Below are positions 7,161 to 16,124 of a DNA stretch of 32,000 nucleotides, in pieces. Under the pieces are notes generated by a model. It was not told where the DNA came from and did not search any database. It worked only from the letters and a program-made list of their open reading frames with translations. Each line of letters begins with the position of its first letter. Position 1 is the first letter of the stretch. The stretch covers positions 60,001-92,000 of the forward strand of contig JBAZYK010000001.1 of assembly GCA_041659405.1 (NCBI GenBank), given 5' to 3'. Position numbers and translations under genes: made by a program. This DNA comes from Candidatus Altimarinota bacterium. Its GTDB lineage: Bacteria; Patescibacteriota; Gracilibacteria; UBA1369.

Positions 7161-8477
7161 ATGATTATCCTGGGAATTGAAACATCTTGCGATGAAACGG
7201 CGGCGGCGGTCGTGGAAAATGGCACGATTGTGCATTCAAACGTGATCGCGTCGCAAATTGCGCTGCACCAAATTACGGGCGGCGTGGTGCCGGAAGTGGC
7301 TGCGCGCGAGCATGTCCTTAAAATTATTCCGGTGATTGAAGAGGCTCTGAAGATTGCGGGGGTAAGCCTGAAGAAGGCTGGAAAATCGCAAAAAAGAGGT
7401 GGCAAATCCGGCAAAAATTTCGGTTTACAGGATTTGGATGCGATTGCTGTTACGCGTGGCCCGGGGCTTTTAAGTTCGCTGATTATTGGGGTAAGCGCCG
7501 CCTCTACTTTGGCTATGGTTAGTGGCAAACCATTAATTCCGGTTAATCATATTGCCGGACATATTTATGCCAATTGGCTCGGTGAAAAAGCAAATGATCC
7601 GGTGCAATTCCCGCTGGTTACACTAACCGTTTCCGGTGGGCACAATGAGCTTGTTTATATGAAAGATCATGTGCATTTTGAACTGCTTGGAGAAACTTTG
7701 GATGATGCTGCCGGTGAAGCTTTTGATAAGGTTGCACGACTACTCGGACTTGGTTATCCCGGTGGGCCGGCGATTTCAAAGACGGCTGAAAATGGCGATG
7801 CGCAGCGTTTTAAATTACCAAGAGCATATATTAATGAAAACAGTTATGATTTCAGTTTTTCGGGTTTGAAAACTGCAGTTTTGAATTTGGTGAAAGCAGA
7901 ATATGCACGGGAATTGGCGGACAGCTCGCAAAAAAGCTCATCCCAAAATGGCGGCGCAAATGCGAATAAATTTTCGCTAAGTCCGCAGTTTATTGCTGAC
8001 TGTGCGGCGTCTTTTCAGGAAGCTGTTTGTGAAATTTTGTCGGATAAATTGCTGCGTGCGGCGCAAGAATATAGCGCAAAAGCCGGCTATGCTGTGGTAA
8101 AAGAGATCCATTTGGCCGGAGGAGTTTCGGCTAATCGACGTTTGCGCGCAATGGTCGCAGAAAAAATTGAGCAGGGATATTTTTGTGATCATAAGGGTAG
8201 AAAAGTGGCGTTTGGATATAACCTGGAAAAAGCCATGGCGGGACAAGCAAAATCCGGCAAAGTGTCAAATGCACTTCCTCGCACTTTCAAGCCAAAACTT
8301 CGTTATGCCGAAAACATAACTTATTGTACCGATAATGCGGCCATGATTGCTGCAACCGCTTATTTCCATTTCAAAAAAGCGCCAAAACAATATATCAAGC
8401 TGGGTGCCGCACTGCTCAACGATGCTGCGTCAGGCAAACCGGTTCTGGCCGATCCTAATTTCAGTTTATTTGGCTAA
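7161..8477 (+). CDS. tsaD: tRNA N6-adenosine threonylcarbamoyltransferase TsaD (Kae1/Qri7 family), insertion-bearing
   Basis: MIILGIETSCDETAAAVVENG...GGVVPEVAAREH...AIAVTRGPGL...NHIAGHI...VSGGH...DDAAGEAFDKVARLLGLGYPGGP...LAGGVSAN..LR...YCTDNAAMIA are canonical TsaD motifs. An AAAGGTGA SD-like motif lies upstream of the ATG. Confidence 0.92.
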   Translation: MIILGIETSCDETAAAVVENGTIVHSNVIASQIALHQITGGVVPEVAAREHVLKIIPVIEEALKIAGVSLKKAGKSQKRGGKSGKNFGLQDLDAIAVTRGPGLLSSLIIGVSAASTLAMVSGKPLIPVNHIAGHIYANWLGEKANDPVQFPLVTLTVSGGHNELVYMKDHVHFELLGETLDDAAGEAFDKVARLLGLGYPGGPAISKTAENGDAQRFKLPRAYINENSYDFSFSGLKTAVLNLVKAEYARELADSSQKSSSQNGGANANKFSLSPQFIADCAASFQEAVCEILSDKLLRAAQEYSAKAGYAVVKEIHLAGGVSANRRLRAMVAEKIEQGYFCDHKGRKVAFGYNLEKAMAGQAKSGKVSNALPRTFKPKLRYAENITYCTDNAAMIAATAYFHFKKAPKQYIKLGAALLNDAASGKPVLADPNFSLFG

Positions 8478-8507
8478 GGTTTTTCTCTAGCTCATCGCTT
8501 CAAGCAA

Positions 8508-8516
8508 TGTTATAAT
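8508..8516 (+). promoter_or_regulatory. Extended -10 element TGtTATAAT upstream of hisS
   Basis: TG at 8508..8509 and TATAAT at 8511..8516. The predicted transcription start near 8523 favours ATG 8551 over TTG 8521 as the hisS start. Confidence 0.45.
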
Positions 8517-8550
8517 CCACTTGTTTGAAATTTTCTTATTTTTTTTGGCC

Positions 8551-9918
8551 ATGGATAATAATCAGAAGAATTATGGGGATGAGGATGACGCTGTAGAGGC
8601 AAAAGTGCTGACACCTCCTTATCAAACACCAAAAGGCGTGCATGATATTTTGCCGCACGATCATGAATATTATACTTTTATTAAAAAGGTGGTTCGTCAC
8701 CGTTGCAGGCAGGCCGGTTTTCGCCGCATTTCTACGCCAATTTTTGAGTTTACCGATGTGTTTAAACGTGGTGTTGGTGAAACCAGCGATATCGTCAGCA
8801 AAGAAATGTACACTTTTCAGGATCGCAAAGGCCGCAGTCTAACATTAAAGCCGGAAGGTACTGCAGGTGTAGTTCGTGCATATTTACAAAATGGCATGCA
8901 GAGTTTGCCTCAGCCGGTTGAGCTTTTTTACATTGAACCTCATTTCCGTTATGATCGTCCGCAAAAAGGACGTTATCGCCAGTTTTGGCAATTTGCGGTT
9001 GAAGTGATTGGTGAAAGTGATCCGGCGCTTGATACTCAAATTATTCAATTGGCTCATAGAATTTTGATGGATTTGGGCATTGCTGAGCTGTTTTCGTTGC
9101 AACTTAATAATATTGGTTGCGCGGTTTGTCGTCCAAATTATATGAATGTTTTGAAGGATTTTTATTTTGGAAAAGAAAGATCCCTCTGTTTTGAATGTAA
9201 AGATCGCTTGGAAAAAAATCCGTTAAGACTTTTGGATTGCAAGCAGGAAGATTGCCGAATTTTGGCTCAAATTGCACCAAAACTTTCCGATTATTTATGT
9301 ACTGAATGTAAGCAATATGACACCGATGTGAAAGTCTTTTTGGCTGAGGTTAAGATTCCTTATGTGCAAAATAACAGTCTGGTTCGCGGATTGGATTATT
9401 ACACTAAAACCGTTTTTGAATTTTGGGATAAAAGTGATGGCGCACAAAACGCGGTTTGTGGCGGTGGACGTTATGATGGCCTGGTTGAATTAATGGGAGG
9501 ACCATCAACTCCGGCATGTGGGTTTGCCGCAGGAATAGAGCGCATTATTGCCAATATGAAGCGTGAAAAAGTTCGTGTTCCGCACAAAGATGATCTGCAT
9601 GTTTTTGTGGCTCAACTTGGTCATGAGGCTAAGATAAAATGCTTACCACTCATTACCGATTTGCGTGATGCCGGTGTACGTACAATGGGCGCTTTGGGCA
9701 AGGGAGCGATCAAAACTCAAATGCGGTTGGCTGATAAATTCAAGGTTCCTTATGCTTTGATTATGGGCCTGACCGAAGTTCGTGAAGGCACGGTAATTAT
9801 CCGCGATATGAAAGTTGGAACTCAGATTACAATTCCGGTTGAACAGGCTGTAGATGAAGTTATCAGACGCATCGGTGAAGAAAATCTGGACAAATATGTT
9901 CCGGGTGAAACACTCTAA
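8551..9918 (+). CDS. hisS: Histidine--tRNA ligase
   Basis: PKGVHDILP, class II motifs (FRRISTPIFE; KEMYTF.D..GR.L.LKPEGT; YIEPHFRYDRPQKGRYRQFWQF; GGGRYDGL), and a C-terminal anticodon-binding domain. The insertion domain carries CxxC pairs, as in many HisS. Confidence 0.92.
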   Translation: MDNNQKNYGDEDDAVEAKVLTPPYQTPKGVHDILPHDHEYYTFIKKVVRHRCRQAGFRRISTPIFEFTDVFKRGVGETSDIVSKEMYTFQDRKGRSLTLKPEGTAGVVRAYLQNGMQSLPQPVELFYIEPHFRYDRPQKGRYRQFWQFAVEVIGESDPALDTQIIQLAHRILMDLGIAELFSLQLNNIGCAVCRPNYMNVLKDFYFGKERSLCFECKDRLEKNPLRLLDCKQEDCRILAQIAPKLSDYLCTECKQYDTDVKVFLAEVKIPYVQNNSLVRGLDYYTKTVFEFWDKSDGAQNAVCGGGRYDGLVELMGGPSTPACGFAAGIERIIANMKREKVRVPHKDDLHVFVAQLGHEAKIKCLPLITDLRDAGVRTMGALGKGAIKTQMRLADKFKVPYALIMGLTEVREGTVIIRDMKVGTQITIPVEQAVDEVIRRIGEENLDKYVPGETL

Positions 9919-9941
9919 ACAAAACGTAAAAATATAAAAAT

Positions 9942-10340
9942 ATGCCAACAAAAAAACTCTCATTGCAGCAGTCTCATCTTGTGCTTATTGTTATGGCAGT
10001 TGTGGCGCTGCTTTTGACGTTATTGTTTGTGCTATGGCCAAAATCGGCTGCTTCAATCAACGCCGGCAAAAATGGAATAAAAGATTTGGCATCATGTTTA
10101 ACCCAAAAAGGGATCGTAATGTATGGAGTTGATACTTGTGAAAATTGTCAGAATCAAAAGCAAATTTTTGGCCCGGCTTTCGCGCAAATTAAATATGTAA
10201 ATTGTGATTTTAATAAAATTTGTGATGAGCGCGGATACAAATATTATCCGGTTTGGACAGATGATAAAAAAACGCTGCTTGGTCTGCAGACTTTGCCGGA
10301 TTTGGCCAAGTTCAGCAGCTGTGAGCTGGGAAATCCCTAA
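9942..10340 (+). CDS. Membrane-anchored thioredoxin-like protein of the type fused to bacterial VKOR
   Basis: N-terminal TM helix (LVLIVMAVVALLLTLLFVLW), then LASCLTQKGIVMYGVDTCENCQNQKQIFGPAFAQIKYVNC...YPVW. From memory, this aligns closely with the Trx-like domain of cyanobacterial VKOR (..MYGAYWCPHCQDQKELFG.AF..V.YVEC...SYPTW). The active-site CxxC here is CENC. Confidence 0.75.
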   Translation: MPTKKLSLQQSHLVLIVMAVVALLLTLLFVLWPKSAASINAGKNGIKDLASCLTQKGIVMYGVDTCENCQNQKQIFGPAFAQIKYVNCDFNKICDERGYKYYPVWTDDKKTLLGLQTLPDLAKFSSCELGNP

Positions 10341-10395
10341 AAAATGGCTAACTGTCAATCAATTACAAATTATTAATTACTAATTATTAATAGCT

Positions 10396-11508
10396 ATGTG
10401 GACTCCTTTTAAAAAGAAAACTTCTGCCAAAAAGAAAACTTCTGCCAAAAAGAAAATTTCTGTTAAAAAGTTTTTTTCCTCTGAACATAAAATTTCTTCC
10501 CAGGCTTGGATCATTACTACAGTAGTCCTTGGCGTTTTTTTTGTGGGAGTTTTGATTTACACTTATGTGCCTTCGGCCAAAACCGGAACTGGCACCGAAA
10601 ATAATGGTAAAACTCAGGAATTGCAGTTTGATGTACCAATTACAATAATTTACGATACCAAAGTTCCCGAGCAGAAAGGCAAAATTGAAGTTTTTGTAAA
10701 CAGTCTGGTTAATTCCGAGAAGGGTTTAAAATCAACCTCATTGCAAGAAAAGTGGCTTGATGTAGATAGTGCTGAAGCTAAAACGCTCTTACAGGAAAGC
10801 CAGGCAAAATATTTACCTGTGGCACTTTTGGATCAAAGCATAGAAACGCATCCTCAATTTAAAGCGATTTCTCAGTATCTGCAAAAAACCGGCCAACATT
10901 ATTATTTCCATCTTTATCCTTTGGAACATTTGCAAACTCCACCGGTTGCGGGAGGAAATTCAAAGGGTGCTCAAGCCGATAAAGCCAAAGTGACCATTTT
11001 GGAATATGGCAGTTTTACGTGTAGTCATTGCAAAGATATGGCAGATGTTTTGGCCAAAATCATGAAAGATTATCCGGGTAAAATTGCTTTAGTTTATAAA
11101 CCTTATGATCGTGGCGGATACGATAATACGCTTTCCCAAGGGGCTTTATGCGCGGCTGATCAAAATAAATTTTGGGAAATGCATGACAAACTTTTTGCCG
11201 ATCAGGATAACATGATAAAAATGCTAACCACTGCTTCGGATTCAACTAAAACTCCGGATCAAGCTAAACGTGACGCGATTGTTTTTGATTACCTTGCCGC
11301 CAAAGCCAAATCCCTGGGTTTGAAAACCAAAGATTTCTCTGATTGTTTAACTACCGAAAAATATAAAAAGAGTGTCGAAAATACCACTTTGGAAGCCGGC
11401 GAATATGGAATCGGTGGAACTCCTTCTTTCTTCTTAAACAAGCGATTTACGGATGGTGCTTATACTTATGAGGATTTCAAAGTATTGATAGATGATCAGC
11501 TGCGATAA
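10396..11508 (+). CDS. Membrane-anchored DsbA-family thiol:disulfide oxidoreductase with an extra N-terminal domain
   Basis: Lys-rich cytoplasmic tail, TM helix (AWIITTVVLGVFFVGVLIY), a ~130 aa unknown domain, then a DsbA/BdbD-like domain (KVTILEYGSFTCSHCKDM...YKPY...FWEMHDKLF...GIGGTPSFFLN). Confidence 0.8.
   Translation: MWTPFKKKTSAKKKTSAKKKISVKKFFSSEHKISSQAWIITTVVLGVFFVGVLIYTYVPSAKTGTGTENNGKTQELQFDVPITIIYDTKVPEQKGKIEVFVNSLVNSEKGLKSTSLQEKWLDVDSAEAKTLLQESQAKYLPVALLDQSIETHPQFKAISQYLQKTGQHYYFHLYPLEHLQTPPVAGGNSKGAQADKAKVTILEYGSFTCSHCKDMADVLAKIMKDYPGKIALVYKPYDRGGYDNTLSQGALCAADQNKFWEMHDKLFADQDNMIKMLTTASDSTKTPDQAKRDAIVFDYLAAKAKSLGLKTKDFSDCLTTEKYKKSVENTTLEAGEYGIGGTPSFFLNKRFTDGAYTYEDFKVLIDDQLR
10411..10464 (+). 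repeat. Three tandem copies of an 18-bp unit (AAAAAGAAAACTTCTGCC x2, then AAAAAGAAAATTTCTGTT)
   Basis: Direct reading of 10411..10428, 10429..10446 and 10447..10464. These encode KKKTSA KKKTSA KKKISV in the cytoplasmic tail of the DsbA-like protein. Confidence 0.95.
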
Positions 11509-11557
11509 ATCATTAGGGCGTAAAATCACCTGAAAAAATAATTCTTAAAAGTTGAGC

Positions 11558-12952
11558 ATGAAAAAAACATCCCGATTTTCGTATTTTTCCGGATTCATTT
11601 TACTAACGGCTCTGGCTTTGGGGAATTTGCCCATCGCTTTTGCGGCGGTCAGTTTTCAGGATGTGCCAGCGACTTCCAAGTACTATGCGGCTGTGGAATA
11701 TCTTAAATTGAAGGGTGTTATTTCCGGATATGCGGATGGGACTTTTAAGCCCTCACAAACCATTAATCGTGCCGAAGCGTTAAAAGTGGTGCTCTTGGCA
11801 ATTCAGGCCAAGGATAAAGCTGCGCAAAGTGGCGGCTCGACCCAGCAAAATACCGAAACTCAGGCAAGTGCCGGTGCCGCCAAATCCCCTGCTTTTCCCG
11901 ATGTTAAAGCCACTGATTGGTTTAAAGATTATGTAAATCAGGCTTATCAATTAAAAATTGTGGAGGGTTACCCTGATGGAACTTTTAAACCTGAAAATAA
12001 AATTAATGTGGCTGAAAGTTTGAAAATTATATTTAAATCATTTCAAGTTACGCTGCATGCTTTGCCTTTGAATGCTGATCCTTACGCGGACGTAAAAAAA
12101 GATTCCTGGTATGCGGTTTATGCCCAATATGGTTTGGACCGTCAATTAATTACACCGCAGGGGGATGGCAAATTGCACGGTGAAAAAGCCATTACCCGCG
12201 GTGATTTTGCGGACATTGTTTATCGACTTTTATATGTTCAGGAAGCCAATATAGACAAGTTTCCATTGAGCAAGGATTGGCCAACTTATGTGCATCCGGA
12301 TGATCATTTTTCGGTAAAATATCCTTTTGATTGGCAAAGAATTGATGCCGGTGTGCAAACCGTTTTCTGGAAACAGGACACTGAAAATGGCCAGGTAAGT
12401 TTTGCCCGCATTTACCCAAATAGTGGCACGGTAATTATGGTGGTGGATAAAAACGCTTCCGGGCTTTCACTTCCTCAATATTTGGCTAAAATACAATATG
12501 ATGCAAGTTCCAAGATCGATACAACATCTCTTAACGGGTATCCGTTTGCGACTGTAACAATTGCGGCAACCGGGCTTAGCGATTACTATTTTTTGCTGCC
12601 AAATAAAACCATTTTGATTGTTTATTCACAAATTGGTTCTGGCACGGCAAATACCCAACTGCAGGAAGATGTCCGCTATCTGGTGGGCAGTATTCGTTAT
12701 AGTGACCAGGGTGGGCAAAGCCTTAAAGATCAATTTTTGAGTGGTGTTCGTACCGACTTGTTGGTTTCGGGTAATGGGAAAGAGACAATGAGCAAATTTA
12801 CAGATTTAACATTGTTTGATACCGATACAATTGGTGTGGGTACAGGCCCGGTTGATTATTTTTACAGTGCTTTTTACGACACAACTCTTAAATATGAGCG
12901 TAGTTCCGACACACTGCTTTCCATGAAACAAGGAAAAACTTCAGCTTTTTAA
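11558..12952 (+). CDS. Secreted protein with three N-terminal SLH (S-layer homology) domains and an unknown C-terminal domain
   Basis: Signal peptide MKKTSRFSYFSGFILLTALALGNLPIAFA. Three SLH repeats: FQDVPATSKYYAAVEYLKLKGVISGYADGTFKP...INRAEALKVV; FPDVKATDWFKDYVNQAYQLKIVEGYPDGTFKP...INVAESLKII; YADVKKDSWYAVYAQYG...ITRGDFADIVYRL. I chose ATG 11558 over the track TTG at 11552. Confidence 0.8.
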   Translation: MKKTSRFSYFSGFILLTALALGNLPIAFAAVSFQDVPATSKYYAAVEYLKLKGVISGYADGTFKPSQTINRAEALKVVLLAIQAKDKAAQSGGSTQQNTETQASAGAAKSPAFPDVKATDWFKDYVNQAYQLKIVEGYPDGTFKPENKINVAESLKIIFKSFQVTLHALPLNADPYADVKKDSWYAVYAQYGLDRQLITPQGDGKLHGEKAITRGDFADIVYRLLYVQEANIDKFPLSKDWPTYVHPDDHFSVKYPFDWQRIDAGVQTVFWKQDTENGQVSFARIYPNSGTVIMVVDKNASGLSLPQYLAKIQYDASSKIDTTSLNGYPFATVTIAATGLSDYYFLLPNKTILIVYSQIGSGTANTQLQEDVRYLVGSIRYSDQGGQSLKDQFLSGVRTDLLVSGNGKETMSKFTDLTLFDTDTIGVGTGPVDYFYSAFYDTTLKYERSSDTLLSMKQGKTSAF

Positions 12953-12961
12953 TAATTTCAG

Positions 12962-13216
12962 ATGAAAAAAACTTTTCGTAAAATAATAATTTTGACTTTG
13001 GGGTTACTTACTATTAGTTTGATGTCCGGTTGCGCATCTACAAATCAACAGGTTGGGACAAACCGTGAGCCGGTGGTTAATGTTCCAGGCGCACCTTCTG
13101 TTAAGGGACCAACTTCTGCTCCAATCAACATGAAAGGGCCAAGCAGTGCGCCGGGGGTGACGACAACTGAACAAGTTAATATTAGCCCTAAAAGCCCATA
13201 TCCAAAGGTTAATTAA
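12962..13216 (+). CDS. Small lipoprotein (84 aa)
   Basis: MKKTFRKIIILTLGLLTISLMSGC with lipobox L-M-S-G-C. The mature part is Pro/Ser/Gly-rich with repeated KGP(T/S)SAP. Confidence 0.6.
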   Translation: MKKTFRKIIILTLGLLTISLMSGCASTNQQVGTNREPVVNVPGAPSVKGPTSAPINMKGPSSAPGVTTTEQVNISPKSPYPKVN

Positions 13217-13243
13217 GACAATTTTGCAATTTATTTATTTTTT

Positions 13244-14392
13244 ATGGACGTTTTTGAAAAGTCACTGGAACTGCACGCAAAGCTTCATGGAGTTTTGGAA
13301 ATTGCCCTAAAAACGCCCGTTGATACGCGTGAAGATTTAAGTTTGGCCTATACACCGGGAGTGGCTGAACCTTGCCGAAAAATTCAGGAAAATCCAGAGG
13401 ATGCTTATGTTTATACAATGAAATGCAATACTGTGGCGGTTGTTACCGATGGCAGTGCGGTTTTGGGACTTGGAAATATTGGCTCGCTGGCCGGATTACC
13501 GGTTATGGAAGGCAAATGCCTGCTGTTAAAACGTTTTGGTAACGTTGATGCTTTTCCGATTTGTCTGGATACGCAGGACGTAGAAGAGATCATCGCAACG
13601 GTCAAACATATCGCGCCCGGGTTTGGAGGAATTCATTTGGAAGATATTTCTGCGCCACGTTGTTTTGAAATTGAAGAAAGACTTAAAAAAGAGCTGGATA
13701 TCCCCGTTTTCCATGATGATCAGCATGGAACGGCAGTCGTAGTTTTGGCCGGTTTAATTAATGCCTTAAAACTTGTGGATAAAAAATGGGATGAAGCCAA
13801 AATTGTGATTTCAGGCGCAGGCGCGGCGGCAATGGCAACAACCAAGTTGTTACTTTTATACGGCGCTAAAAATGTAATTTTATGTGATCGCCAGGGGGCA
13901 ATTTATTTGGAAAGGGCGGATTTGACCAATGCTCCATACAAACTGGAAATGGCCCGTGTAACCAATCCAAATAAAGAAAAAGGGACGCTGGCGGAAGTTG
14001 TTAAAGGCGCTGATGTTTTTGTGGGAGTTTCCGCTCCGGGATTAATGACCAAAGAAATGGTCGCTACCATGGCTCCAAAATCAATTGTCTTTGCAATGGC
14101 AAATCCAACACCGGAAATTATGCCGGATGAGGCCAAGGCGGGCGGTGCTTACATTGTTGGCACCGGACGCAGCGATTATCCAAATCAAATCAATAATGTA
14201 CTTTCTTTTCCGGGGATCTTTAGAGGCGTGTTGGACGCGCGTGCTCCACAAATTACCAATGCCATGAAATTGGCTGCAGCTAAAGCTTTGGCCGAGCATG
14301 TAACTGATCCAACCGTGGACAAAATTATTCCGGGAGTTTTTGATGATGGCATTGCCGAACTCGTGGCAAATGCAGTTAAAAAATGTGCTTAG
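13244..14392 (+). CDS. NAD(P)-dependent malic enzyme (short form, no PTA-like domain)
   Basis: LSLAYTPGVAEPC..I, VAVVTDGSAVLGLGNIG..AGLPVMEGK, FGGI.LEDI..P.CFEIE, VFHDDQHGTA, and a GAGAAA Rossmann motif. Classic small malic enzyme layout. Confidence 0.9.
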   Translation: MDVFEKSLELHAKLHGVLEIALKTPVDTREDLSLAYTPGVAEPCRKIQENPEDAYVYTMKCNTVAVVTDGSAVLGLGNIGSLAGLPVMEGKCLLLKRFGNVDAFPICLDTQDVEEIIATVKHIAPGFGGIHLEDISAPRCFEIEERLKKELDIPVFHDDQHGTAVVVLAGLINALKLVDKKWDEAKIVISGAGAAAMATTKLLLLYGAKNVILCDRQGAIYLERADLTNAPYKLEMARVTNPNKEKGTLAEVVKGADVFVGVSAPGLMTKEMVATMAPKSIVFAMANPTPEIMPDEAKAGGAYIVGTGRSDYPNQINNVLSFPGIFRGVLDARAPQITNAMKLAAAKALAEHVTDPTVDKIIPGVFDDGIAELVANAVKKCA

Positions 14393-14510
14393 TTTTTTGT
14401 CAATCTCAACTCTGGAATAAATGAAATTTTGTGTTAAAATAATGCGGAATTTTGTAAAAGCTCCAGCTTAAAGCCAAGGGCTGATTATAAATAAACAAAA
14501 AATAAACCGT

Positions 14511-15197
14511 ATGGATCAGATTCAAATTGTTGCTCATCGCGGAGGGAAAAGTCCTTATCACGAAAACAGTCTTGAAACATTCCAATATTCCATAGAGCAT
14601 GGAGCGGATGCGGTGGAAATGGATATGCGCTACGATCGCCGTAAGCAGCGTTTTTATTTGGAGCATGATTTTATTCATACGCCCAAAAACCGTGAAAATA
14701 CTATTTCAAAAGTGATCCCCTATTTGCCGGAATCCGCGCATTTGGTAATTGAACTTAAAACACTTTCCTGGCTCAGAAAAAAATACGCCCTGAAATTTTT
14801 GGAGGTGGTTAAGCAATATAAACTTACGCACCACGCGACTATGATTTCTTATAATCCGTTTGTTTTGTTGCAACTGCGAAGATTCAGAAAAGACCTGAAG
14901 ATAGGCTTTATTTGCCCTTCACATTTTAGAGCCTGGCTTTTTAGAAAATGGATTTATCTGATTGAACCACAGATTTTGTTTTTGCATCGTCGTATTTGGA
15001 ATGATGAAATGATCAACTTTGCGCGGAATAAAAAATTTAAAATTTATGGCTATACCGCCAATAAAGAAGAGGAATGGTTGAAAGTAAAAGAGTTGGGATT
15101 TGATGGAGTGGTTACCGATTTGCCGGAAGAAGCGCGAAAAGTGTTGTATCCTAAAGAGGCAAATGAGCTTGAGTTTGAGCGAAAAATCACGACATAG
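14511..15197 (+). CDS. Glycerophosphodiester phosphodiesterase family protein
   Basis: IVAHRGG....ENSLETFQYSIEHGADAVEMDM (the HR..xEN..E.D GDPD catalytic signature) and a C-terminal GFDGVVTD. Confidence 0.75.
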   Translation: MDQIQIVAHRGGKSPYHENSLETFQYSIEHGADAVEMDMRYDRRKQRFYLEHDFIHTPKNRENTISKVIPYLPESAHLVIELKTLSWLRKKYALKFLEVVKQYKLTHHATMISYNPFVLLQLRRFRKDLKIGFICPSHFRAWLFRKWIYLIEPQILFLHRRIWNDEMINFARNKKFKIYGYTANKEEEWLKVKELGFDGVVTDLPEEARKVLYPKEANELEFERKITT

Positions 15198-15211
15198 TCG
15201 TACCAACGACA

Positions 15212-15240
15212 TTGCCACCCGAAAGGAGACTCGCTATAAT
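15212..15240 (+). promoter_or_regulatory. Strong sigma70-type promoter TTGCCA-17-TATAAT for yebC
   Basis: TTGCCA at 15212..15217, a 17 nt spacer, and TATAAT at 15235..15240, 38 nt upstream of ATG 15278. Confidence 0.6.
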
Positions 15241-15277
15241 TGGGGCGGTTTTTGTTTGTTTTCCTAACGAATTTCTT

Positions 15278-16105
15278 ATGTCCGGACATTCAAAATGGCA
15301 CTCAATCAAACATAAAAAAGGCGCAGAAGACGCGCGACGCGGAAAGATTTTTACAAAGCATGCCAAGCTTGTTGCGATTGCGGCGAGGGGTGGTGGTGAT
15401 CCGAATATGAATCCTTCACTGCGCATGGCTATTGATAATGCCCGTGCGGAAAATATGCCGCGTGAAAACATTGAACGAGCAATTAAAAAGGGCACAGGTG
15501 AGGGGAAAGGAGCTGCCGTAATGGAAGAAGTCATGTATGAAGGTTTTGGACAAGGTGGAGCGGCGCTTTATATTGAAACGCTGACCGATAACCGCAACCG
15601 CACAGTGACGAATTTAAAGTATGCAATTGGTAAAAATGGTGGAAATTTGGGAGCGGCCGGCTCAGTTGGCTATTTGTTCAAGAAAAAGGGGCGCATTACG
15701 ATTCCGCTTAAACCGGAAATTGTGGAAGATAAATTTAAAAAGACCGTTCCGGTTCCACAAAAAAGCTTGGAAGAAATTGAACTTGCGGCAATTGATGCAG
15801 GGGCCGAAGATGTAAAATTTGATGGTCCAATTGATGAAAAAGGCAACCCGGCTGATGATGCTTTTGTTGAAGTTTATACCGAACCACATGATTTGATGAA
15901 AGTGCGAGGTTCGCTGGAGAAAGCCGGAATCAAGACTAAGTCCGCGGCTTTAACTTATCTTCCGCAAACTACCGTGGCGATTTCCGAAGAACAAATCGCG
16001 CGAGAATTGCTGGATTTAATCAACGTAATTGAAGAAGATGAAGACGTAAATGAAGTCTTCAGTAATTTTGAAATTGCCGAGGCTGTTTTGGAAAAGTTGG
16101 TGTAA
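15278..16105 (+). CDS. yebC: YebC/PmpR family DNA-binding transcriptional regulator
   Basis: MSGHSKWHSIKHKKGAEDARRGKIFTK..K.....A..GGGDP..NP.LR.AI..A...NMP...IERAIKKG is the invariant YebC N-terminus. The track start 15212 lies inside the promoter, so I chose ATG 15278. Confidence 0.9.
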   Translation: MSGHSKWHSIKHKKGAEDARRGKIFTKHAKLVAIAARGGGDPNMNPSLRMAIDNARAENMPRENIERAIKKGTGEGKGAAVMEEVMYEGFGQGGAALYIETLTDNRNRTVTNLKYAIGKNGGNLGAAGSVGYLFKKKGRITIPLKPEIVEDKFKKTVPVPQKSLEEIELAAIDAGAEDVKFDGPIDEKGNPADDAFVEVYTEPHDLMKVRGSLEKAGIKTKSAALTYLPQTTVAISEEQIARELLDLINVIEEDEDVNEVFSNFEIAEAVLEKLV

Positions 16106-16124
16106 GGTTTTTTCTAAATCAGAC

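Noticed and set aside
15212-15277. Track start of the yebC ORF at 15212
   Set aside because: The region holds a TTGCCA-17-TATAAT promoter, and the invariant YebC N-terminus MSGHSKW begins at 15278.
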